Assembly (NCBI GenBank): GCA_009924135.1 | Contig: RFSE01000005.1 | Span: 3,061-67,060 of the forward strand | DNA length: 64,000 nt | Reading direction: 5' to 3' | From: Pseudomonadota bacterium | GTDB lineage: Bacteria > Verrucomicrobiota > Verrucomicrobiia > Limisphaerales > SXTU01 | Shown here: piece by piece, positions 34,697 through 42,835 of the stretch | Layout: each line of letters opens with the position of its first letter | How positions within the stretch are numbered: position 1 is the stretch's first letter | The notes under the pieces: generated by a model | What the model was told of the DNA's origin: nothing | The model's database searches: none | What the model saw: the letters and a program-made list of their open reading frames with translations, nothing else | Made by a program: the position numbers and the translations under genes

Positions 34697-36027
34697 TGAT
34701 TTTCCATCAGCATGAAAGTCACATTCGCCTCGCTGACGACCTCGCCGTTGACCAGGCATTCGCCGCGGGCCTTGCCAATCTTGCCGCGCATCTTGGTCAT
34801 CGTCACGCTGATCATCAGCACATCGCCCGGGCGGACGGGTTTGCGCCACTTCACTTCTTCCGCCGACATGAAATAGGCCAGCTTTCCAGCGTTCTCGGCC
34901 TGCCGCATCATCAGAATGCCGGCAACCTGGGCCATGGCTTCGAGCTGCAGCACGCCGGGCAGAATCGGGTGTCCGGGGAAGTGTCCCTGAAAGACGGGTT
35001 CGCCCATCGTGACATTCTTCTGGGCCACGATGTTGTTGCCCTCGATCTTCGTCACGCAATCCACCATCAGGAACGGTGGCCGGTGCGGCAGGATCTTCAT
35101 CACCTGCATCACATCCAGCGTCGCACCGTCGCGCACCAGGCTTTCTTCGGTGGACTTGGCGGGCGGCGGCGAGAAGGTTTGCACCGCCTTCTCCGGCTTG
35201 CGCATCTGGGCGGTGATCTGGCGCGTCAATTCGCAGTTGCCCGTGTGGCTCGGGCGGATGGCGACGATGTGCCCGAGAAATGGCCGGCCCAGCAGCGAAA
35301 GGTCGCCGAGGATGTCCAGCATCTTGTGCCGCACGAACTCATCCTCGTAACGCAGCGGCTCGGTCGTGAGCACCGCGTCGTCGCGGATGACCACGGCGTT
35401 TTCCAGGCTGCCACCCTTGATGAGGCCATTCTTGTAGAGCAGTTCCAGCTCCTCGAAGAAACAAAACGTCCGCGCGTGCGACAGTTCCTTCGGCCACGTC
35501 TCGGGCGTGACTTCGAGGCTGTAGAACTGGGTGAAGCGACCGCCACCGCCCGAGCTGGTGCAGGAAATCTTGAGCCGGTCGTGTGGAAAGACCTGCATCA
35601 TTGTATCACCGACCGCCAGTTCGATCGGGGCTGTGAGGCGGTAGGGCGTGCGCGCCTCGGTCTGCGGCACCAAACCGGCCTTCTCGATCATCCGGACGTA
35701 TTCGCGTGAGCTGCCGTCGGCAATGGGCGGCTCGCTGGCATCCAGCTCGACGACGGCATTGTCCACTCCCGCGCCGCTGAAGGCCGCGAGCACGTGCTCG
35801 ACCGTGTGGATCTTGACATTGCCCTTGCCCAGCGTGGTGGAGCGGTTCGTATCCACGACGTGCTCGACGCGCGCCTCGATCTCGGGCTTGCCTTCGAGAT
35901 CCACGCGGCGGAAGCGGATGCCCGATCCCGCAGGCGCGGGCAAAAACGTCATGTTCACCCGGCTTCCGCTGTGGAGGCCGATGCCGGAAAAGGAGACTGG
36001 TTCGCGAAGCGTCTGCTGCTGTGACAC
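34693..36027 (-). CDS. lpxC: Bifunctional LpxC/FabZ
   Basis: GTG start; QQTL..GIGLHSG, TVEHVLAA, RHKMLDILGDL, then LPHRPPFLMVD, FQGHFPG.PILPGVLQLEAMAQ. Confidence 0.96.
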   Translation of the reverse strand: MSQQQTLREPVSFSGIGLHSGSRVNMTFLPAPAGSGIRFRRVDLEGKPEIEARVEHVVDTNRSTTLGKGNVKIHTVEHVLAAFSGAGVDNAVVELDASEPPIADGSSREYVRMIEKAGLVPQTEARTPYRLTAPIELAVGDTMMQVFPHDRLKISCTSSGGGGRFTQFYSLEVTPETWPKELSHARTFCFFEELELLYKNGLIKGGSLENAVVIRDDAVLTTEPLRYEDEFVRHKMLDILGDLSLLGRPFLGHIVAIRPSHTGNCELTRQITAQMRKPEKAVQTFSPPPAKSTEESLVRDGATLDVMQVMKILPHRPPFLMVDCVTKIEGNNIVAQKNVTMGEPVFQGHFPGHPILPGVLQLEAMAQVAGILMMRQAENAGKLAYFMSAEEVKWRKPVRPGDVLMISVTMTKMRGKIGKARGECLVNGEVVSEANVTFMLMENQ

Positions 36028-36131
36028 GCCACGACAGTAGGCAAAGGCCTCGCAAACAGGCAAGCCGCGAAGGGCCTCGGGATTGACAAGGGTGCGCCCC
36101 GGGGTGCGCGCGATACGGCCATATTGCGATT

Positions 36132-36208
36132 GTAGCGCGGGCAGCCGTGCCCGCGAGTTGCACTCGGTATGGGGGAAACGTTCGCGCTGGCAAGGCTGCC
36201 CGCGCTAC
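36132..36208. repeat. GTAG-type REP doublet (same family as 6025-6103)
   Basis: GTAGCGCGGGCAGCCGTGCCCGCG ... GGCAAGGCTGCCCGCGCTAC. Confidence 0.85.
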
Positions 36209-36240
36209 GGCAAAATGCCCGCCGCGTGGTTTGTCCGCCT

Positions 36241-38634
36241 CTACTTGTTCCGGAACAAATCACTCGCCGCGACCGCGTGAACGAGCGAACGCAGGCCGTA
36301 GTCCGTCGGCTTCGCTTCGGCGAGGATGCGTTGCACCGCCGCGTGGTCGCCAAAGCCGACGGGCTGGCCGGTGGCGTAAGTCACTAGCTTCTCTGTGAGG
36401 CACCGGGCGATTTGCTCCGGGTCGGCGAGCAGCAACCGCTTGAACTCCTCCACCGTCGCGAACTTCCGCCCATCCGGCAGTACGTCGCCGGCGTCCACCG
36501 GCAGGCCGAGACCGTATTCGTAGGCCTTGAGGTATTTGCCGAGGGGGCCGGTGCGGTTGTTCACCCAGTCCTTGCGCTCGGCCACCACGCGGTAGCGGTC
36601 CCGCCAGCCACCGATGACATCGTAATTCTCCAAGGCGAAGCCCGGGGGATCAATGCGTGAGTGACAGCCGGCGCAGTTCTCCGTCTGGCGGTGCTTCGCA
36701 AGCTGGTCGCGGATGGTCTTGGCTCCGCGAATGTCCGGCTCGATGGCGGGCACGTTCGGCGGAGGAGGAGGCGCGGGACGGCCCAGGACACGGTCCAGCA
36801 GCCAGACGCCGCGCAGCACGGGCGAAGTCGAGGTGCCGTTGGCCGTGACCTTCAGCACACTCGCGTGGGTCAGCACGCCGCCCCGATGCCATTCGGGTTT
36901 CAGCGCGACTTTACGCAAGGCCACGCCATGGACATCCGGGATGCCGTAGTGCTTCGCCAGCCGGCCGTTCAGCATCGCGAAATCCGAGTCCACGAAGTTC
37001 CTCACGCTGAGGTTTTGTTTCAGCAATTCCTCGAAGAACAAGTGCGTCTCGCGCACCGCCGACCACTGCAAATGTTCCTCCCACTCGGGGTAAAGCATCT
37101 TGTCCGGTGTGGTCGCACCGATGTCGCGCAGGCTCAACCACTGGCCGGTGAAGTTCTCGGTAAAAGCCCGCGCCTTGGGGTGGCTCAACATCCGCTCCAC
37201 CTGGGCGCGTAACACGGCGGGTTTGTGCAATTCGCCCTGGTCTGCCAGGGCGGCGAGCGTGTCGTCCGGCGTGGTGCTCCAGAGGAAATACGATAACCGC
37301 GCGGCCAGCGCGTGGTCGTCGAGCGGGCCGGCGGGCTCGCGGAGGAACAAGAATTTCGGCGAGGCGAGCACCGCCTTGTAGCCCGTGCGCAGGGCCGCCT
37401 CGAAAGGCTGCCCCATCTCCAGCGACTTCGCGACGAGCGCCACGAACGGCTTTTCTTCGCCCTCGCGCACCGGGCGGCGGAAGGCCCGGGGGAGCAGCGC
37501 GCGAATCAATTTCTCGGCATCGGCGAGCGTGCCGGTCTTCGGGTCCGCCGCCCCAAACACTCGGCGGTAACTCTCCGTCGGCCACGGCTCGGGAAACGGT
37601 CCCTCGACCTCCATCCAGTGAATCTTCAGGCCCGGCCCGGGATACTCCGGCATGTTCTTGTGGTTCAGGTAGACGTAGGGCAAAGCGACCGGTGTGACCT
37701 TGATGGTGTCGTTTTTCGCGCCCAGCCGTTCTTCGAACTCGATCACAGCGGGCGTTCCCGGCGGCGCGTCAAAGTAACCGAGGTGCCGCGAGTAGTTGCC
37801 GCTCACGACGAAGTTCCCGAGCAGCATGGCCATCGGCAGCGGGGTCTCGGAGTTGTGCGCCGAGGCCGCGACCCGGAAACGATACCGGCCCGGCGCCGGG
37901 GCCTTGAACTGCCGGAGGTCGGTTGAGGAGTCGCCGCTGCTGCGGTACAGGATCACGCCGTCGTCCTGCTTCCACACGCCAGCGACAAACCATGTCGGCA
38001 GCGAGTCGTAGAGATTGAACCGCTCGGTCTTGCTCTCCAGCTTGTGCACCGGGGCGAGGGCCGCCGTGATGACGGCATCAGCGGCTTCGAGGTAACGCTC
38101 CATGAGCACCGGCGAGATGTTCAGTGCCGCGCCGACATTGTCGAAGCCCTGCGCCACCGCATCCTCCGGCAGCATCTCCTTCACGCGCATATCCACCGCG
38201 AAGAGATCACGTACGGTGTTTTCGTACTCCACGCGATTGAGCCGACGCAGCACAACGCGACCTGTTGAGCGCTGTTTCAACGAGGCTTTGTCAAGCCGCG
38301 CATTCAACTGTCGCACGAAGGTCTGCACCTGCACCGCCGAAGGACGCGGCTCCTTCTTTGGCGGCATCTCGCCCGACTGCGTACGCGACACAACCTCGCG
38401 CCACCGCTCGAACGTGCTGGGCTTGGAAAAATCCGTGTCCAGCAGGTCGAGCCGCAAGTCCCCTTTCGATTTCTCCGGCCCGTGGCAGCGGAGGCAATGA
38501 TCTTTGAGGAAGACGTTACCAGGGGCGTCCACCGGGGCGGCCGCGCGCGCGGTGAAGGAGGTCAGCGTGATGAGGAAAACGACTGCCAATCCAATCCACG
38601 ATGCGACCAGCAGTTTCAACCTGAATTCCAACAT
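36241..38634 (-). CDS. DUF1587/1595/1592/1588/1585 planctomycete cytochrome protein
   Basis: CLRCH, LRRLNRVEYENTVRDL, RLSYFLWS, TSPVLRG, CAGCH.RIDPPGFALENYD; start taken at MLEFR. Confidence 0.92.
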   Translation of the reverse strand: MLEFRLKLLVASWIGLAVVFLITLTSFTARAAAPVDAPGNVFLKDHCLRCHGPEKSKGDLRLDLLDTDFSKPSTFERWREVVSRTQSGEMPPKKEPRPSAVQVQTFVRQLNARLDKASLKQRSTGRVVLRRLNRVEYENTVRDLFAVDMRVKEMLPEDAVAQGFDNVGAALNISPVLMERYLEAADAVITAALAPVHKLESKTERFNLYDSLPTWFVAGVWKQDDGVILYRSSGDSSTDLRQFKAPAPGRYRFRVAASAHNSETPLPMAMLLGNFVVSGNYSRHLGYFDAPPGTPAVIEFEERLGAKNDTIKVTPVALPYVYLNHKNMPEYPGPGLKIHWMEVEGPFPEPWPTESYRRVFGAADPKTGTLADAEKLIRALLPRAFRRPVREGEEKPFVALVAKSLEMGQPFEAALRTGYKAVLASPKFLFLREPAGPLDDHALAARLSYFLWSTTPDDTLAALADQGELHKPAVLRAQVERMLSHPKARAFTENFTGQWLSLRDIGATTPDKMLYPEWEEHLQWSAVRETHLFFEELLKQNLSVRNFVDSDFAMLNGRLAKHYGIPDVHGVALRKVALKPEWHRGGVLTHASVLKVTANGTSTSPVLRGVWLLDRVLGRPAPPPPPNVPAIEPDIRGAKTIRDQLAKHRQTENCAGCHSRIDPPGFALENYDVIGGWRDRYRVVAERKDWVNNRTGPLGKYLKAYEYGLGLPVDAGDVLPDGRKFATVEEFKRLLLADPEQIARCLTEKLVTYATGQPVGFGDHAAVQRILAEAKPTDYGLRSLVHAVAASDLFRNK

Positions 38635-38677
38635 CGGGATTGTAGAACGCGTGGCACGACCCTCAAGCCGCGCTATC

Positions 38678-38703
38678 TCCCTCTCCCCCATCGGGGGAGA
38701 GGG
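38678..38703. repeat. CCCTCTCCC-type hairpin repeat
   Basis: TCCCTCTCCCCCATCGGGGGAGAGGG, identical to the copies at 55821 and 55965 (inverted). Confidence 0.85.
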
Positions 38704-38854
38704 GACCGTCGAGGGCCCGGTCGATGCCATTACCAGCATGCTGGCGGCCTGCGCCATGTGCGTTGGCGTGCAGGCTTTGGAGCTCGGTTTCAAAATCAAG
38801 CGAACCATGGTAAACGCGTATCGTAGCCCCTGACGCACAAAGCAGTGCGAAGGT

Positions 38855-40936
38855 TCAGGCGGCCGGGGCCAGTTCGGGAGCTGAGCCGTCCGGCAACCGC
38901 TTTTTCGGCGGCAACACCAGCCACGCTTCGAGGAAGAGAAAGGCCAGCATGCCGATGAGAAACAGCCGCCAGATTTCGCCCTGCAGTGCGTCGCTGCGGG
39001 CGGTGCGTTCTTGAAGCAATTGCAACGGGAGCGTGCCGAGGAGTTTCTTCGCGCCGGCGGGTTCGAGCAGCGTGCGGTCGTCCTCGGCGCCGGGACGGTT
39101 TACGGCGAGCAGGCGTTCGCCACTGCGATAAACGCCCGCGTGCAGGGCGATGTCCTTGCCCGTGGAGCCATCGGCGGAGGTCCATTGCTTTGCGCGGTCG
39201 AGGGCGCTGAGTTCACCGCAGGCGACCATGGTCTCTTGATTAAGCCGCCGTGCGCCCGTTTGGAGCAGGCGTTGCAACATCGGCACGAGCACGGGGCCAT
39301 CGCCAAGGCTGGACCACTCCTCATGCGGAAGGGTCGCGCAGAAGAAGAACTGGCCCTTGCCCAGCGCCCGGCGGGTGAGCAGTGGCGAGCCATCGGCGAA
39401 TGACGCCAGCGCGGTGCCGCTGGAGGCAATCAAAGCCGGGGAAGTCTTTGCCGCCTCGCCGGCTTCGGCACTTTCGCCTTTTGCCATTTGCCTTTTGCCT
39501 TCGTCCCCGTCGGTGATGGGTTGGCGGCGGGAGATTTCGAGTTCGACGAGTGGTAGGCTCAGACCTTCGTCGGTCTTCGCGAGCGGGCCTTCCTGCTGTC
39601 CCCATTTGGCGACCTTGAAAGGTTTGTCGGCGGACGCGGGCTGCGCCTCGGCCCAGCCGAAACCGAGGAACTTGCCCGTATCCGTGCGGCCGGGCGGGAG
39701 GAAGAGCACGGCCCCGCCTTCTTCGATGAAGCCGCGCAGGCGCTTCTCACCGGCGGCATCCGGCAACGGGGCTTGCCAGATGAGCAGGGCGGCGTCGGAA
39801 CCAGTACGCTCGGCCCACGCGACGGGCGCGAGCACCTCGGCCGGCTGGCGCGTGGCCGGGGAAAGCGCGGCGAGCTGGGCATTGCGGATGAGGGCGGGCT
39901 GGTCGCTCACGACGGCGGCGCGGAGGATGGAGTCGGAGCCAAAGACGAAATAAGCGGCGTTGTCGCGGGCATTGGCGTCGGCCGGGAGTGCAAGTGTGCC
40001 CCAACCAAGCCCTTTTGCCGCGCCAAGGTCCACCTTGTGCCGCCAACGAAGCGCCGCCCCGTCCATGTCGAGTTCAGTCTGCGATTTTACACCGTTGAGC
40101 GTGAGGGAAAGCGGGAAGTGCGCCGGGGCACTGCCGGGCTGCACGTTGCGCGCGAGATCAAGCGCGAGGTTCAGCTCCGCACCATCGGGCCGGGCACGGC
40201 GGAAGACCTCGGCCAGCGTGGCGGAGGTGTTGGGCTCGCGGTCATCATCAAAGGCGAGCAGGCGGACGCGGATGCCTTGTGGGAGTTTGCCGAGTTGATT
40301 GGTGACGGTCTTCCAACGCTCGTCGTCGGGCAGCCAGTTGCTGCGTTGGAGGTCGGAGGCGACCCAGAGTTCGGCGGCTCCGGCACGGTTTTCGACCAGC
40401 CAGTTGTGGGCGATTTGCAGCAGGGTGGGCAGGTCGGCGGCGGTGTCGGTGGGACCGGTGAGCGTAGGTTCAAGCAGGGATTTCGCGCTGGCGAGCTGCT
40501 GGGGGATGCGCGTGGCGGAATCCAGCAGGACGAGATGGGATTTGTCCTGGAATTCACGCGCGGCCTCGGCGAGGAGTTTTACCGCCTGCTCGCGCTTGGT
40601 GATGGTCTGCCCGGCGAGGCGCGACTCCATGCTGGCCGAGCGGTCGAGCACGATGATGATGACATCCGGTGCGGGCGAAAGCGTCCAACCAAGCCACCCG
40701 CCGGCAAGCGGGCGCGCGATGAAGAGGATGAGTGCGAGGACGGCAAGCGTGCGGAAGAGCAGGACCAGCCACTGACGGAGCTTGGCATGGCTGGTGGAGG
40801 CGCGCGTGGCCTGAAGCAGGAACATCATCGCCGCCCACGGCTGCGGTTTGTGGCGCAGGCGGTTGATGAGGTGAATGATGACCGGGACTAGGACGAGCGG
40901 CAGTGCCCAGAGTAAATATGGCTGGAGGAAGGTCAT
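38855..40936 (-). CDS. BatA-domain / vWA-like membrane protein
   Basis: MTFLQP..L...PVIIHL, WAAMMFL, ARP, LDRSASM, SDLQ, C-terminal TM. Confidence 0.9.
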   Translation of the reverse strand: MTFLQPYLLWALPLVLVPVIIHLINRLRHKPQPWAAMMFLLQATRASTSHAKLRQWLVLLFRTLAVLALILFIARPLAGGWLGWTLSPAPDVIIIVLDRSASMESRLAGQTITKREQAVKLLAEAAREFQDKSHLVLLDSATRIPQQLASAKSLLEPTLTGPTDTAADLPTLLQIAHNWLVENRAGAAELWVASDLQRSNWLPDDERWKTVTNQLGKLPQGIRVRLLAFDDDREPNTSATLAEVFRRARPDGAELNLALDLARNVQPGSAPAHFPLSLTLNGVKSQTELDMDGAALRWRHKVDLGAAKGLGWGTLALPADANARDNAAYFVFGSDSILRAAVVSDQPALIRNAQLAALSPATRQPAEVLAPVAWAERTGSDAALLIWQAPLPDAAGEKRLRGFIEEGGAVLFLPPGRTDTGKFLGFGWAEAQPASADKPFKVAKWGQQEGPLAKTDEGLSLPLVELEISRRQPITDGDEGKRQMAKGESAEAGEAAKTSPALIASSGTALASFADGSPLLTRRALGKGQFFFCATLPHEEWSSLGDGPVLVPMLQRLLQTGARRLNQETMVACGELSALDRAKQWTSADGSTGKDIALHAGVYRSGERLLAVNRPGAEDDRTLLEPAGAKKLLGTLPLQLLQERTARSDALQGEIWRLFLIGMLAFLFLEAWLVLPPKKRLPDGSAPELAPAA
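39472..39506. repeat. Heptamer tract (TTTTGCC type) in frame in the BatA gene
   Basis: TTTCGCC TTTTGCC ATTTGCC TTTTGCC TTCGTCC, read as DEGKRQMAKGE. Confidence 0.75.
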
Positions 40937-41106
40937 CGGAATGCGGAATGCGGAATGCGGAATGTGGAATAGTCGCGCCCGGCCTTCTTCTGTCGCTCGG
41001 GTTGGTCACCTGACACCCTGTTATAGCCCTTGTTCAAGGCGTGCGCCGGATCTGCCGGATTCAGCACGGCCAGATAGTAGAACGTGTCGGCGAAGAGGAG
41101 TTTCAT
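40933..41106 (-). pseudogene. Truncated PIN (VapC-like) toxin fused to an unrelated tail
   Basis: MKLLFADTFYYLAVLNPADPAH (PIN N-terminus), then an unrelated sequence ending STFRIPHSAFR*; ATGA overlaps at both ends. Confidence 0.7.
40937..40970. repeat. Heptamer tract (CGGAATG)x4 abutting the BatA start codon
   Basis: CGGAATG x4 + TGGAAT. Confidence 0.9.
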
Positions 41107-41348
41107 CCGCGCGAAGAACGCTTGGGTATTCCGTGGATGTAGTGGTCATGTTCCGCTGCGAAGTCGGCGGGCAGGGGCGGCATGGCAGCAGCGATGGCGT
41201 CAATCCGGGCGAGCCGCTCGCGCCGTGATCGCACGGAGGTGCGAGCCGGCTGCCGGACGGGGCGGACTTCCACCTTCGTCCCATCGGGAAGTTTCGCCTT
41301 CGCATCAAGCACGATGACGCCGCTTGCGACTGTACCTTTGTAGCTCAT
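41103..41348 (-). CDS. Putative antitoxin
   Basis: MSYKGTVASGVIVL....LPDGTKVEV...LPADFAAEHDHYIHG.PKR, the type of gene found upstream of PIN toxins. Confidence 0.75.
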   Translation of the reverse strand: MSYKGTVASGVIVLDAKAKLPDGTKVEVRPVRQPARTSVRSRRERLARIDAIAAAMPPLPADFAAEHDHYIHGIPKRSSRG

Positions 41349-41367
41349 TAGTTGGACAGGCACGCCA

Positions 41368-41640
41368 TCACCACTCCTCACGTTTTTCGAACTCACCTTG
41401 CGGTGGGCGCTCGAACGGCTCGTTGCCCCAGTCGGCACGAACCTTTTCCCAGAAATTGGGCTCCCAGTGGAAAGCGTTCCGCTGTTTTTCCACATGCTCC
41501 AACGTTTCGGAGTCTGCGATGGACGCGCGTTCCTTGTCCGTGCGCTGCAACGCATCACGCACCAGGCGTTCGAGGAGCGCTGCGGTCTCCGGGTCGAGCG
41601 TTTGAAGCTTCCGGTCCAGTTCGACGGCAATGGCGGTCAT
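41368..41640 (-). CDS. Putative antitoxin-like small protein
   Basis: 90 aa ending FERPPQGEFEKREEW, followed by an overlapping mini-ORF MACLSN*. Confidence 0.6.
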   Translation of the reverse strand: MTAIAVELDRKLQTLDPETAALLERLVRDALQRTDKERASIADSETLEHVEKQRNAFHWEPNFWEKVRADWGNEPFERPPQGEFEKREEW

Positions 41641-41697
41641 GGTTCGAACCTAGATTGTCCAGCCAGTTCTGGCAACACGGCGGTCACGTTTTGCATG

Positions 41698-42615
41698 TCA
41701 GTGCGCCCCGACCTGATGCGCCCGTTCCGTAAGGAAGTCCGCCAGCACCTTGCCAGGCTCCTGGTCGGTGACCACTTCGCGGTAGTCGGCGTTGAATTCG
41801 AGGCAGGCCTGGCGGAGACGGGCGCGGTGGGCGTCGAAGGCGCGGAGGTATTCGTCGCGCACCATCGCCGGCTCGGTCACGAGGCTGAAGGGGCTTTCCA
41901 GGTCCTCGAACCGCAGCGGGCGGTCGAACTTGAACTCCATCTCCATGCGGTCCAGCAGGTGAAAAACGGCGAGGTCGTGTTTCTGGAAGCGCAGGTGTTG
42001 CAGGCAGCCCAGAAGCGGCTCCAGTTCACAGAAGAAATCGGAGAATACGATGACCAAGGCACGGCGACGGATCTTCTCGGCGAGGTCGTGCAACGTGCGG
42101 AGGATCGTGGTGGGACCGTGCGGTTCGAGTGTTTGCAGGGCGTTGAGGATTTCCTGCAAGTGCGCGGGGTTCCGGCGCGGCGGGAGTTCGGGCGTGCTGT
42201 TCTCGCCGACGCAATAAAGGCCGGCGGCATCACCCTGCTGCACGGCCAAGTAGGCCAGCGTGCCGGCGAGCTGGCGGGCAAAGGCGAACTTGCTCGGGCC
42301 GGTCTTGCCCGCGAAGTTCATCGAAGCGCTGGCATCGAGGATGAGGCAGCAGCGGAGGTTGGTGTCCGCCTCGAACTCCTTCATGTAGTAGCGGTCGGTA
42401 CGGCCCAGCACGCGCCAGTCGAGGCGGCGCAGGTCATCCCCCGGCACGTAGGTGCGATACTCGGCGAACTCGACGCTGGAGCCGCGGTGCGGGCTTTTGT
42501 GGTGGCCCGAGACGCTGCCCTCCATGGCGAAGCGCGAAACGAGCGGCAGGTGGGCAAGCTGCGCGAGCACCTGCGGGTCGAGGAACGAGTGGACGTGGGA
42601 ATCTGTGGCGTTCAA
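41698..42615 (-). CDS. DUF58 family protein
   Basis: GHHKSPHRGSSVEFAEYRTYVPGDDLRRLDW, LDASASM, FSDF. Confidence 0.95.
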   Translation of the reverse strand: MNATDSHVHSFLDPQVLAQLAHLPLVSRFAMEGSVSGHHKSPHRGSSVEFAEYRTYVPGDDLRRLDWRVLGRTDRYYMKEFEADTNLRCCLILDASASMNFAGKTGPSKFAFARQLAGTLAYLAVQQGDAAGLYCVGENSTPELPPRRNPAHLQEILNALQTLEPHGPTTILRTLHDLAEKIRRRALVIVFSDFFCELEPLLGCLQHLRFQKHDLAVFHLLDRMEMEFKFDRPLRFEDLESPFSLVTEPAMVRDEYLRAFDAHRARLRQACLEFNADYREVVTDQEPGKVLADFLTERAHQVGAH

Positions 42616-42835
42616 GGCAACAGGTTGAGAGCGGGCGTTTTCGTGCAGGGAGAATTGGCGCGGGCACGGGGCGCGTCAAGCTCCCAGCCCGCCGGGTATA
42701 GCCCGCACGACTGTAGCCCCAGGACGCCGCTGCGGGCAGGGGCCGGTCCTGCCGGGCACCCCGGGAGATCGGAAAAATTCTGTGTTCATCCGCCGTTGGC
42801 TATGGTTTAACTGCCGCCTCTGAGTTGACCAGAAC

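Noticed and set aside
34693-36027. LpxC-FabZ fusion as a novelty
   Set aside because: This fusion is already known in several phyla.
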